From an uncultured Solirubrobacterales bacterium (lineage in GTDB: Bacteria > Actinomycetota > Thermoleophilia > Solirubrobacterales > Solirubrobacteraceae): a stretch of 64,000 nt of DNA. A model generated the notes under the pieces. It saw only the letters and a program-made list of their open reading frames with translations. It ran no database searches and was not told the DNA's origin. The stretch spans positions 37,436 to 101,435 of the forward strand of contig CAWAUJ010000002.1 of NCBI GenBank assembly GCA_963785205.1, in the 5' to 3' direction. Below, piece after piece: positions 32,126 to 41,602 of this stretch; the stretch's first letter is position 1, and the number at the start of each line of letters is the position of its first letter. The position numbers and the translations under genes are program-made.

Positions 32126-34024
32126 CTACCGCAGCTTGATCCCGCGCTGCATGTACAGGCGCCGGTCAGCTGCCGCCAGGAGCGCTTCGACGGAGTGGCC
32201 ATCACGCGGGTAGACAGACATCCCGATCGTGAGGTCCCAATCGTGGTCGAAGCCGAGGGCGGCCCGGGCCCGCGGGAGTTGGGCACGCACGCGGCGCATG
32301 ACGGCCGCCATCCCCTCGACGCCCTGCTCAGTGAGCACCATCGCCAGCTCATCACCGCCGATTCGCCCGACGAGGTCGTGAGACCGGGAAGACCGCGTGA
32401 GCAGCGAAGCCACCTCCTTGAGGAGCTCGTCGCCAGCCTGGTGGCCACGGCTGTCGTTGACAGCCTTGAGCCCCCGGACGTCGACGAATGCCAGGGCCAG
32501 TGGGTGCCCATATCGCTGCGCGCGCTCGAGTTCGCGTTGGGCCGCGGTGGTGAACCCGCGCCGATTGAGGATTCCGGTCAGGGCATCGGTCATGGCATCA
32601 GCCTTGACGGCGGCCACCTCGCCGGCCACGGCTTGGACGCTGCGGCCCCACCGCCAAGCGGCCATGCCGGCCACCCCTGCCATGGACAGAGCCAGCGCGA
32701 GGGTCAGCCACAGCCACCAGGGGATCTGCGCGATGTAGCGCTCGATTACAGGCGGGAACGTCGGGACGCCGACCGGTATCACGGTTCGGGGGGGCGGGGC
32801 GGCCGAATGGGAACCAGTCCCGCCCGCCCGGCCCGCGGCGTGACCGCGACCGCTGACGCGAGCGCCGGTGCCGTTGCCGCGTGGGCCGGTCCCGCTCCCG
32901 TGTCCGCCGGTCGCAACGGTGCCCGGCGCGAGCGGCGTCGTGATCGGGCTGCGGGTGGACGGAGCTGATCCGGTCGCCGCCCCGGTCCCCACACCCGGGA
33001 CGCCGATCCCGATCGCTCCCCCTGGGCCGGAAACGGGTGGAGTGGCGGCTCCGCCTGCGTTCGCGCGGGACGGGGTCGACGGTGGTCTCAGCGCTTTGGG
33101 ACCCGGACGCCGTCCCGTCGAGGGGCCTGACGGGGACGTCGGAGGCAAGACCTGAAGTCGAGGAGCCGTGGGCGGGGGTGGTGCAGCGCATGACGCTTCG
33201 CAGTTGATCGCGCCGGCCCCGTAGCAATGTGCGTGGCATTGGTAATCACCCAGGCCGAAGCAGTAGTCCTGACACCTGAGGTCCTGATTGCCAAAGCACC
33301 CAGCGGCGCAGTGGATGTCGCCGGCGCCGAAGCATCGATACGCACACTGGCTGTTGTTCAACGTGGCTGGGCAGTTGACGTGACAGAGGCTTACGCCGCC
33401 CGGCAGGGGTCCAGGCGGACGAACCCCGGGTGGCGGTTTGAGCACATGGGGTGGTCCCCGCCGCCCGGCGGGGCGGGGCACCTTTTCCCGCGGTCTCGGC
33501 CCCAGGCCCGGGGGCGTTGGGCGGGGTGCTCCAGCGCCGTGGCAGTGGGCCTGGCAGGTGGTATCGCCGGCGCCGTAACAGTGGTCCTGGCATGTCGCGT
33601 CGCCGGCGCCGTAGCAGTGGTCCTGGCAGGCGATGTCCTGCGCCCCGTAGCAATGGGCGTAGCAGCTGGTGTCGCCGGTCCCAACGCAGTAGTCCGTGCA
33701 CAGGCTGTTCCCAACGGCCACGGAACAGTGCTTGGGGCAGAGCCCGCGGACCGACGTGCGTCGCTCCAGGCCGCGGCGAGCCCTGCGCTTCGCCACGGCG
33801 CGAGCGTGCCGTCGTGCTCGCGCCGAGTGCCCGTGCCTGAGAGCGGCGTGGTGGTGGGCGTGATGGTGTCGGGCCCGCATGTGGTGCGATCTCGCCTCGG
33901 CCCCGCCCAAGGTGAACCAGCCCAGCGTGACGAGCACCGCGAGCACCATCGCGATGTTGAACCTGCTCCGCCTGTGAAGAGTGAGTCGTCCGCGCACTTC
34001 GGTTTGGGTGTCTCGAAGGCTCAT
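32126..34024 (-). CDS. membrane-anchored diguanylate cyclase (GGDEF) with His-rich and Cys-repeat extracytoplasmic region
   Basis: C-terminal GGDEF domain (LTGILNRRGF...FVDVRGLKAVNDSRGHQAGDELL...RIGGDELAMV, I-site-like RSHD). Two TM segments flank a loop of about 390 aa with two CxxxC-repeat modules. Confidence 0.85.
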   Translation of the reverse strand: MSLRDTQTEVRGRLTLHRRSRFNIAMVLAVLVTLGWFTLGGAEARSHHMRARHHHAHHHAALRHGHSARARRHARAVAKRRARRGLERRTSVRGLCPKHCSVAVGNSLCTDYCVGTGDTSCYAHCYGAQDIACQDHCYGAGDATCQDHCYGAGDTTCQAHCHGAGAPRPTPPGLGPRPREKVPRPAGRRGPPHVLKPPPGVRPPGPLPGGVSLCHVNCPATLNNSQCAYRCFGAGDIHCAAGCFGNQDLRCQDYCFGLGDYQCHAHCYGAGAINCEASCAAPPPPTAPRLQVLPPTSPSGPSTGRRPGPKALRPPSTPSRANAGGAATPPVSGPGGAIGIGVPGVGTGAATGSAPSTRSPITTPLAPGTVATGGHGSGTGPRGNGTGARVSGRGHAAGRAGGTGSHSAAPPPRTVIPVGVPTFPPVIERYIAQIPWWLWLTLALALSMAGVAGMAAWRWGRSVQAVAGEVAAVKADAMTDALTGILNRRGFTTAAQRELERAQRYGHPLALAFVDVRGLKAVNDSRGHQAGDELLKEVASLLTRSSRSHDLVGRIGGDELAMVLTEQGVEGMAAVMRRVRAQLPRARAALGFDHDWDLTIGMSVYPRDGHSVEALLAAADRRLYMQRGIKLR

Positions 34025-34178
34025 GCTACGCCGCCCCGCGCGGCGCGTGACCGTTCAGTCAGGCAAATCTCATACTTAGGTCAGATTTCGGGCCAATTGC
34101 GCCATTCCGGGCTCCAGGGCCGCTGACGCGCACTGTTTTGGGGCGCACCCGACGTATCAGCCATGGCCATATTCGGCA

Positions 34179-34204
34179 AACCTTGACACGCGCGTGGTAA
34201 GGTT
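34179..34204. promoter_or_regulatory. imperfect 26-bp palindrome, candidate MerR-family operator
   Basis: AACCTTGACACGC|GCGTGGTAAGGTT, with 11 of 13 positions symmetric. It contains TTGACA and lies about 40 bp upstream of the merR-like ATG in the divergent region shared with the GGDEF gene. Confidence 0.4.
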
Positions 34205-34243
34205 GGCGGCGATGATTCGGCCAACCGCCAGCCCAGCCACAGG

Positions 34244-34594
34244 ATGGATGGGCTGACCGTCAACCAGGCCGCGCGAACGACCGGCTGGTCGGCCCGCATG
34301 CTGCGTTATGTGGACCAGGCCGGGCTGGTGACTCCGAGCCGCTCCTCTTCTGGCTATCGCCTGTACGGCCCGGCCGAGCTCCAGCGGCTGCGAACGCTCA
34401 AGGAGCTGTTGCAGCGTTTTGGCCTGGCTCTGTCAGACATCGCCTTCGCCTCTCGCCTCCAGACGAGCGCTGAGTTGCGAGCGGCGGTCCGGGCGTGGCT
34501 CGAGGGCGAGGCCCAGCGGCCAGAACACATCAGTCCGGGAGAGTGGCTCCGGTTCGAGCAGGAAAAGCACGAGCGCCTGCTGGAGGCGGCCTGA
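34244..34594 (+). CDS. MerR-family transcriptional regulator
   Basis: 116 aa. N-terminal HTH LTVNQAARTTGWSARMLRYVDQAGLVTPSRSSSGYRLYGPAELQRLRTLKEL. Confidence 0.85.
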   Translation: MDGLTVNQAARTTGWSARMLRYVDQAGLVTPSRSSSGYRLYGPAELQRLRTLKELLQRFGLALSDIAFASRLQTSAELRAAVRAWLEGEAQRPEHISPGEWLRFEQEKHERLLEAA

Positions 34595-34660
34595 TGCGGA
34601 GCACGAGCGTTCACGCTGGGTGCGCCCGAGTCCAACCTTGACCACCGATACGGAGGAACG

Positions 34661-36157
34661 ATGAGCACGACGACCGTCAATCCCACGAGCCAGGCCTCCG
34701 GCCTTGACTTCAAGGTGGCCGATCTGAGCTTGCACGAGTTCGGGCGCCACGAAATCCGCCTGGCCGAGCACGAGATGCCAGGCCTGATGGCCACCCGACG
34801 GGAGTTCGCCGACGCCGCTCCGCTGCGCGGGGCGCGAATCACTGGCTCGCTGCACATGACGATTCAGACGGCGGTGCTGATCGAGACGCTCGTGGCCCTC
34901 GGGGCCGAGGTGCGCTGGTGCTCGTGCAACATCTTCTCCACCCAGGATCACGCCGCGGCCGCCGTTGTCGTCGGTCCTGACGGGACCCCTGAGAACCCCA
35001 CAGGCGTCTCCGTGCACGCCTGGAAGGGCGAGACGCTCGAGGAGTATTGGTGGTGCACTGAGCAAGCGCTGACCTGGCCGGGGGATCCGGATTCCCACCA
35101 GTCCGCCCCCGGCTCGCCGAACATGATCCTCGACGATGGTGGTGATGCGACGCTGCTGGTCCATCAGGGGACGGAGTACGAGCGAGCCGGATCGGTTCCG
35201 GATCCGTCGACCGCCGAAAACGAGGAGCAAAGGGTCATCCTTGAGCTCCTGACCCGGTCGTTGGCCGAGGATCCTCAGCGCTTCACCCGCGTGGGCGAGG
35301 CGATCAAGGGCGTGACCGAGGAGACCACGACGGGCGTGCATCGCCTCTACCAGTTCGCCGAGAGCGGGAAGCTTTTGTTCCCGGCCATCAACGTCAACGA
35401 TTCGGTTACGAAGTCGAAGTTCGACAACAAGTACGGGTGCCGCCATTCACTCATCGACGGGATCAACCGAGCCACAGACGTGCTGATCGGCGGAAAGCTG
35501 GCGGTCGTCTGCGGCTACGGCGACGTCGGCAAGGGATGCGCCGAGTCGCTGCGCGGGCAGCGGGCCCGGGTCGTCGTGACCGAGATCGACCCGATCTGCG
35601 CGCTCCAGGCCGCGATGGACGGCTACCAGGTGTTGCGGCTCGAGGATGTCGTCGAGACGGCTGACATCTTCGTCACGGCCACCGGCAACCGCAATGTCAT
35701 CACCGCCGAGCACATGTCGCGGATGAAGCATCAGGCGATCGTGGGCAACATCGGCCACTTCGATAACGAGATCGATATCGCGGGCTTGACGGCGACCCCG
35801 GGGGTGCGCCGCCTGCCGGTCAAGCCCCAGGTCGACGAATGGGTGTTCCAGGACGGTCACTCGGTGCTTGTCCTTTCCGAAGGCCGCCTGCTCAACCTGG
35901 GCAACGCAACCGGGCATCCGAGCTTCGTCATGTCCAACTCGTTCACCAACCAGGTGATCGCGCAGATCGAGCTCTTCGGACACGACGAGCGCTACGAGAA
36001 GCGTGTGTACACGCTGCCCAAGCACCTCGACGAAAAGGTCGCCCGACTGCATCTCGATGCTCTCGGCGCGAAGCTGACCGAGCTAACCGAGGATCAGGCG
36101 TCGTACATCGGCGTCCCACGCGAAGGCCCATTCAAGCCAGACCACTACAGGTATTGA
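34661..36157 (+). CDS. ahcY: adenosylhomocysteinase (long bacterial/eukaryotic type)
   Basis: 498 aa. [43 protein letters not shown], and C-terminus [10 protein letters not shown]. Confidence 0.95.
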   Translation: MSTTTVNPTSQASGLDFKVADLSLHEFGRHEIRLAEHEMPGLMATRREFADAAPLRGARITGSLHMTIQTAVLIETLVALGAEVRWCSCNIFSTQDHAAAAVVVGPDGTPENPTGVSVHAWKGETLEEYWWCTEQALTWPGDPDSHQSAPGSPNMILDDGGDATLLVHQGTEYERAGSVPDPSTAENEEQRVILELLTRSLAEDPQRFTRVGEAIKGVTEETTTGVHRLYQFAESGKLLFPAINVNDSVTKSKFDNKYGCRHSLIDGINRATDVLIGGKLAVVCGYGDVGKGCAESLRGQRARVVVTEIDPICALQAAMDGYQVLRLEDVVETADIFVTATGNRNVITAEHMSRMKHQAIVGNIGHFDNEIDIAGLTATPGVRRLPVKPQVDEWVFQDGHSVLVLSEGRLLNLGNATGHPSFVMSNSFTNQVIAQIELFGHDERYEKRVYTLPKHLDEKVARLHLDALGAKLTELTEDQASYIGVPREGPFKPDHYRY

Positions 36158-36321
36158 GTCGGAGAGGCCTGGCGTCCGGGGATCGGTGATTGTGCGTCCC
36201 CGGGGTGACCCGCGAGGGCCACTGCCGGCCCTGGGTCCCCGCCTCTTGCCGGCTCGTACGGTCCCCGCGTCTGGCCGGTTCTAGCGGTTGTGGCGCCACA
36301 CAAAGCGCCCGCGGAGGGGCG

Positions 36322-37599
36322 TTGATCCCCGCCCTTCCGCCCCACGACGTCGCGGACCTCTCGCTCGCCGCCGAAGGCGGACGGAGCATCGCTTGGGCGC
36401 GGGGGCAGATGCCGGTTCTCGAGTCGGTCAGAGCGCGTTTTGCCGCTCGGAGGCCGCTGAGAGGTGTGACCGTCGCGGCCTGCCTTCACGTCACGGCGGA
36501 GACCGCGAACCTGTTACTGACGCTGAAGGCCGGTGGGGCGGAGGTCGCGCTGTGCTCGGCCAACCCGCTGTCTACGCAGGACGAGGTCGCCGCGGCCCTG
36601 GTGGCGGGCGAGGGGCTACAGGTCAGGGCGCGCCACGGCGAAAGCCCCGACGAGTACTCACAGCATCTGACCGAGACGCTCGCGCTCCACCCTCAAATCA
36701 CGATCGACGATGGGGCTGACCTGCTCATCACCGCCCACCGGGAGCCGGCGGTCGTTGAAGGATTGATCGGAGGGATGGAAGAGACGACCACGGGTCTAGT
36801 CCGGCTGCGCCGGCTCGAGCAAGACGGAGCGCTGCGATGCCCGGTGCTGGCGGTCAACGAGGCGCACGTCGAGCGAGCCCTCAATGACCGTCACGGCACT
36901 GGGCAGTCAGCCCTGGATGGGATCACCCGAGCCAGCCACGTCCTGCTGGCCGGGCACACGGTCGTCGTGCTCGGGTACGGGTGGGCCGGGAAGGGCATCG
37001 CCGAACGCGCGCGGGGCGCGGGCGCCGCAGTGATCGTGTGCGAGATCGAGCCGCTGCGCGCGCTCGAGGCCCGGATGGCCGGCTACGACGTGATGCCTGC
37101 GCTGGAGGCGGCGCGGCATGGCGACATCTTCATCACCGTGACTGGGTCGCGACGTGTGCTCGCGGCCGAGCATTTCGCGCGGATGAAGGACGGGGCGCTG
37201 CTGGCCAACGCCGGCCACTTCGACGTCGAGATCGACCTTGACGATTTGCGCGAACTGGCGGCCCACGTCGATCAGGTGAGACCGCTGATCGAGCAGTACG
37301 AGCGTGATGATGGAGTCCGCCTGAACCTGCTGGCCGGTGGGCGGGTGGTCAATCTGGCCGCCGCCGAGGGCCATCCCGCGGCCGTGATGGACGTCTCGTT
37401 CTCATTGCAAGCTCTGTGCGTCGAGGAGTTGGTCACGCACGGAGGCGAACTCGGTCCGGCCGTGCATGCCGTCCCGGTGAAGATTGATCGGGAGGTGGCG
37501 CGGCTCAAGCTCGAGGCGCTTGGAGTCGAGATTGATCAGGCCACGCCCGAGCAGGAGCAATACCGGGAATCTTGGGCACGTCCCTCTGAGAGGATTTAG
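36322..37599 (+). CDS. adenosylhomocysteinase-like protein (short archaeal/Thermotoga type), divergent active-site segment
   Basis: In-frame TTG 36322 gives the N-terminus ...HDVADLSLAAEGGRSIAWARGQMPVL. CLHVTAETA, IDDGADL, MEETTTG, GYGWAGKG and AGHFDVEI are conserved, but the TK..DN segment reads NEAHVERALNDRHGTGQS. Confidence 0.8.
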   Translation: MIPALPPHDVADLSLAAEGGRSIAWARGQMPVLESVRARFAARRPLRGVTVAACLHVTAETANLLLTLKAGGAEVALCSANPLSTQDEVAAALVAGEGLQVRARHGESPDEYSQHLTETLALHPQITIDDGADLLITAHREPAVVEGLIGGMEETTTGLVRLRRLEQDGALRCPVLAVNEAHVERALNDRHGTGQSALDGITRASHVLLAGHTVVVLGYGWAGKGIAERARGAGAAVIVCEIEPLRALEARMAGYDVMPALEAARHGDIFITVTGSRRVLAAEHFARMKDGALLANAGHFDVEIDLDDLRELAAHVDQVRPLIEQYERDDGVRLNLLAGGRVVNLAAAEGHPAAVMDVSFSLQALCVEELVTHGGELGPAVHAVPVKIDREVARLKLEALGVEIDQATPEQEQYRESWARPSERI

Positions 37600-37602
37600 G
37601 CG

Positions 37603-38619
37603 ATGAGCGCCACCCGCCCAGCGCAGACCGAAGGCTCATCCTCCCTGTCGGCGCCCGCGCGGGATGGCAGCCGGGGCGGGATAGACCTGGGCGGGACGAA
37701 AATCGAAGCGATCGTCGTCGACGGCGAGAACAACGTCTTGGGCGCCTCGCGCGAGCCAACGCCGACCGAGGGAGGCCCCCAAGACGTGGTTGCCGCGATG
37801 GTCGGAGCGATGGAGGCAGCCTGCGACGCGGCCGCCCTGGACCCGTCTGCTCTGAGAGGCATCGGTGTCGGCTCTCCGGGCGCGGTCGACAAGCAGAAAG
37901 GCACCGTGTCCAGCGCTCGCAACCTGCCTGGGTGGGAGAAAAGCTTCCCGCTTTCCAAGGCGCTGTCCGCGGCGCTCGGCACCGAGGTTTTCGTGGGCAA
38001 CGACGTGCAGGTGGCCACCGAAGGGGAGTTCGAACTCGGTGCGGGGCGTCCATACAAATCCCTGTTGGGAGTTTTCTGGGGTACCGGCGTCGGCGGCGGT
38101 TTGGTCCTCGACGGCCGCCCATGGCTCGGCCGAGGCTCGGCCGGCGAGATCGGTCACACCGTCGTCAAGATGGGCGGCGCGCGCTGTATGTGCGGGCGTC
38201 ATGGCTGTTTGGAGGCGTACGCCGGCCGAGCCGCGATGGAGGCGAAGGCTCGCGAGCGTGTCGCGAAGGGCCATTCGACGGTGCTCTTCAAGTTGATGGA
38301 GGAGCGAGGCCGCACGCGACTGACGAGCGCCATCTGGGCGCACGCGCTGGAGGCTCACGACAAGGTCGCTACCCGCCTGATCGATCGAGCCGTGCAGGCG
38401 CTGGGAGCAGGCATCGCCTCGGCCGTGAACCTGATCGACGTCGAGGCCGTGATCATCGGAGGGGGCCTTGGGGTCCGGTTCGGCCAGCCGTTCGTCGAGC
38501 GGATTGCGAAGGAGATGCAGCCGCACCTGTTCCACGACGAGCGTCCTCCCAAGTTGCACGTGGCCGCCCTCGGGGATTTGGGCGGAGCGCTGGGGGCGGC
38601 GCTGCTCGCCGCGCGGTAG
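37603..38619 (+). CDS. ROK-family sugar kinase (glucokinase / polyphosphate-glucokinase-like)
   Basis: GIDLGGTKIEA, GEIGH, and the zinc motif CMCGRHGCLEAYAG. Confidence 0.85.
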   Translation: MSATRPAQTEGSSSLSAPARDGSRGGIDLGGTKIEAIVVDGENNVLGASREPTPTEGGPQDVVAAMVGAMEAACDAAALDPSALRGIGVGSPGAVDKQKGTVSSARNLPGWEKSFPLSKALSAALGTEVFVGNDVQVATEGEFELGAGRPYKSLLGVFWGTGVGGGLVLDGRPWLGRGSAGEIGHTVVKMGGARCMCGRHGCLEAYAGRAAMEAKARERVAKGHSTVLFKLMEERGRTRLTSAIWAHALEAHDKVATRLIDRAVQALGAGIASAVNLIDVEAVIIGGGLGVRFGQPFVERIAKEMQPHLFHDERPPKLHVAALGDLGGALGAALLAAR

Positions 38620-38921
38620 CGCGCAAGGCCGGGGTCCCTGCAGCCCGCGCGGTAGCGCGCGCGACGCGACACCCACGCGCCAAGCAACCCGACCCGCGCC
38701 GACCCGCGACCACGCGGCAGCGCGCAGAAAAATGGCGCGGGCGATCCGCCCACCGCGAGACCCACCGTTTATCCCCCGTTAGCAGCGACGGTTCCCGCTG
38801 GCGTCCGGGTACGCGTTCTGAGAAGATTGCGCCCAACGGGCGACCGGGGTATGGGGCCCCATTTGATGGGAGAGAGAGATTTGAAGGCGAGCCATCCAGA
38901 TCGGACCCAGCCAGGCAGGGC

Positions 38922-40235
38922 ATGATCGCTCGCATTCTTGCTGTCGGGGCGCTTGGGGTGGCTGTCGTCGTGCTCGCCTTGCTGCTGTTCACGGGGGGCA
39001 ACTCGTACACGCTTCGGCTCGACTTCCAGGATGCGGGCGGCCTGGTCTCAGGCAACCAGGTCATGATCGGACCGGCGGTCGTGGGCACGGTGGGCGGAAC
39101 CACCCTGACCCCCAACGGCGAAGCCCAGGTCACGATCTCGCTGAACTCCCAGTACGCCCCGATGCACCTTGGGACGGTGGCTCACGTCTATGAGAACTCA
39201 CTCTCCGGGAGCGCCAACCGCTACATCGCGCTTGACCCTGGGCCGGCCGGCAACTCGTCGATCCCAAGCGGGAGCGTGATCGGTGAGAGCAACACATACT
39301 CGTTCGTATCGCTCGATCAGCTGTTCAACGCCATCGACCCGAAGACCCGGCAAGGGCTGCGCGACTTCATCCGAGGCGAGGCGGCGTCGATCGCGGGACG
39401 CGTACCAGAGGCACACCGGACGCTTGAGTACTTCGCTCCCGCGCTGGCGGCCACCAGCAATGTGACCGCAGAGCTGACAAGAGACGAGCCGCTGTTCGAC
39501 CAGTTGCTCGTGCAGGGAGCCCGGGCAATGTCACAGCTGTCCTCCCGCGCTCAGGAGCTCACGCAGCTGGTGGCGAATGGCAATGCGGCCACCGGCGCGA
39601 TCGCATCTCAGTCGACCGCGCTCGAGCAGGCGCTGAGCCTCTTTCCCAGCACGCTGACGCGCTCGACCACGACCTTCCGAGGTCTCGACGCGACGCTGCC
39701 GGTGCTGACGAACTTGGTGCAGAAGGCCAAGCCCGCGCTCCGCCGTTTCACCCCCTTCGCCACCGGGTTGCGCTCTCTGCTGAACGTGTCGATCCCGACG
39801 CTGGCCAATCTCGACGCCCTGATCCATAACCCCGCGGGCACCGGGGACCTGACCTCGCTGGCGCTCGAGACACCTTCGCTGGCCAAGCTGGCCAAGACGG
39901 CGTTCCCACGTCTCATCAAGGAGATGAACGACTCTCAGGCCCAGCTGAATTACCTTCGGGAGTACGCGCCGGATGTGGTAGCCGCTTTGACGAACATCGG
40001 ACAGACCGCCGGCTACTACGACGCCAACGGCCATTACGCCCGCACCCAGCCGACGTTCTTCCCGTTCAAGCTCGTCGGAAATACGCTCGAGCCCAGGCCG
40101 CCGTCGCAGCGCTACCAGGGCCTCCAGGTCGTCGAGAACCGCTGCCCAGGAGGGGCGCTGCAGGCCGCACCGGACGGATCGGCTCCCTGGAAGGTTCCGG
40201 GCTGTAATCCAAGCGCGACCCCACCCGGACCATGA
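38922..40235 (+). CDS. MCE-family (MlaD-domain) protein 1 of 6
   Basis: N-terminal TM ILAVGALGVAVVVLALLLF, then YTLRLDFQDAGGLVSGNQVMIGPAVVGTVGG (Mce/MlaD domain). ATG 38922 lies inside ORF 37932..40235. Confidence 0.85.
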   Translation: MIARILAVGALGVAVVVLALLLFTGGNSYTLRLDFQDAGGLVSGNQVMIGPAVVGTVGGTTLTPNGEAQVTISLNSQYAPMHLGTVAHVYENSLSGSANRYIALDPGPAGNSSIPSGSVIGESNTYSFVSLDQLFNAIDPKTRQGLRDFIRGEAASIAGRVPEAHRTLEYFAPALAATSNVTAELTRDEPLFDQLLVQGARAMSQLSSRAQELTQLVANGNAATGAIASQSTALEQALSLFPSTLTRSTTTFRGLDATLPVLTNLVQKAKPALRRFTPFATGLRSLLNVSIPTLANLDALIHNPAGTGDLTSLALETPSLAKLAKTAFPRLIKEMNDSQAQLNYLREYAPDVVAALTNIGQTAGYYDANGHYARTQPTFFPFKLVGNTLEPRPPSQRYQGLQVVENRCPGGALQAAPDGSAPWKVPGCNPSATPPGP

Positions 40236-41602
40236 GAAGGCTTGCCGCCGCGGCCACCACGGCCATCCTGATCGTCTCCGCCGCCACGGTAGCGCTGCTC
40301 GGCACCGGGGCAGGCGGCGGCCCGACGCCGTACGACGTAAGGGCGATCTTCGACAACGCGTCGGCGGTTGTGAGCGGCGAGGACGTGAGGATCGCCGGAG
40401 CGCCCGTCGGCTCGATCGTCGCCGAGAACGTTACGAAGGGCAAGCAGGCGGCGATCACGCTGGAGATCGACAACTCGGCGTTCGTTCCGTTCCATTCCAA
40501 CGCCACCTGCACGATCCGGGTGCAGTCGGTGATCGGCGAGAAGTTCGTCGACTGCCTTCCGGGCACCTCCGCTCACCCGAAGCTGACAAGAATCCGCCGC
40601 GGTCCAGGCGCCGGCGACTACTACCTACCGGTCACGCAGACGCACTCACCGGTCGACTTCGACCTCGTCCAGAACGTCTCGCAGGAGTCTCAGCGCCAGC
40701 AGCTTGCGCTGATCCTCAACGAGCTGGGCACAGGTTTGGCGGCGCGTGGCTCTGATCTCAACGCCGTCATCCGGCGAGCCGACCCGGCGCTGGGATATAC
40801 CGACAAGGTCCTCAAGATCCTGGCCGCGCAGAATCGCCAGCTGGCTCAGCTGGCCAGTGACTCGAACACGGTGCTGAAGCCGCTCGCCGCCTTCAAGCAG
40901 AAGCTGTCCGGCTTTGTCGTCCAGGCCAACAAGACCTCAGTGGCCAGCGCTGCGCGAGCCACCGACGAAGCTCGTTCGTTCCACCTGCTCCCGAGCTTCC
41001 TGAAGCAGCTGCGCCCCCTGATGGCCGACCTCGGGTCGCTGGCCGACCAGGGAACCCCGCTCTTCACCAGCCTCAGCCAGGCGGCCTCCGGGATCAACAG
41101 CCAGTACCGCTTCCTTCCAGCCTTCGCCCGCGCCACCCGCACGTCTCTGATCAACCTGGGGCACTCAGCGGCCGAACAACAGCCGGCGCTCGTCGCCACG
41201 ATTCCGCTGGATCGACGTCTGGAGAGACTCGGAAAGGCTGTGCTCCCCGCCGGCCAGCTGCTCGACAAGCTGCTTGCGAGCTTCCAGAGCACGGGCGGAA
41301 TTCAGGACCTGATGGCGCTGCTGCTCAACGGCACCGGGGCCACAAACGGCTTTGACTCCGTCGGGCACTACATCCGAACGGAATCACTGTTTGGCTCGTG
41401 CACGAGCTACGCCAAGACTCCGTTCCCGGGGTGCTCGGCCAACTTTTCCAATGGAGGGGCGGCCAGCGCGGCGCAGGCCAATCTGGCGCGTCAGGCGCCG
41501 GCGATCCGCTCCGTCGTCCACGCGATCCACCGACCCCATACCGCCCCGTCGACGGGTGACTTCTCCAGCCTGCTGAGCTACCTGATCGGGGGACGGCGAT
41601 GA
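40232..41602 (+). CDS. MCE-family protein 2 of 6
   Basis: ATGA overlap. YDVRAIFDNASAVVSGEDVRIAGAPVGSI...IGEKFVDCLPG. Confidence 0.85.
   Translation: MRRLAAAATTAILIVSAATVALLGTGAGGGPTPYDVRAIFDNASAVVSGEDVRIAGAPVGSIVAENVTKGKQAAITLEIDNSAFVPFHSNATCTIRVQSVIGEKFVDCLPGTSAHPKLTRIRRGPGAGDYYLPVTQTHSPVDFDLVQNVSQESQRQQLALILNELGTGLAARGSDLNAVIRRADPALGYTDKVLKILAAQNRQLAQLASDSNTVLKPLAAFKQKLSGFVVQANKTSVASAARATDEARSFHLLPSFLKQLRPLMADLGSLADQGTPLFTSLSQAASGINSQYRFLPAFARATRTSLINLGHSAAEQQPALVATIPLDRRLERLGKAVLPAGQLLDKLLASFQSTGGIQDLMALLLNGTGATNGFDSVGHYIRTESLFGSCTSYAKTPFPGCSANFSNGGAASAAQANLARQAPAIRSVVHAIHRPHTAPSTGDFSSLLSYLIGGRR

Noticed and set aside
34595-34660. Possible SAH riboswitch in front of ahcY.
   Set aside because: The gap is only 66 nt. 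I could not find the conserved SAH-riboswitch core or pseudoknot elements, and a MerR-type protein regulator is encoded immediately upstream instead. An Infernal scan with the Rfam SAH models would settle it.
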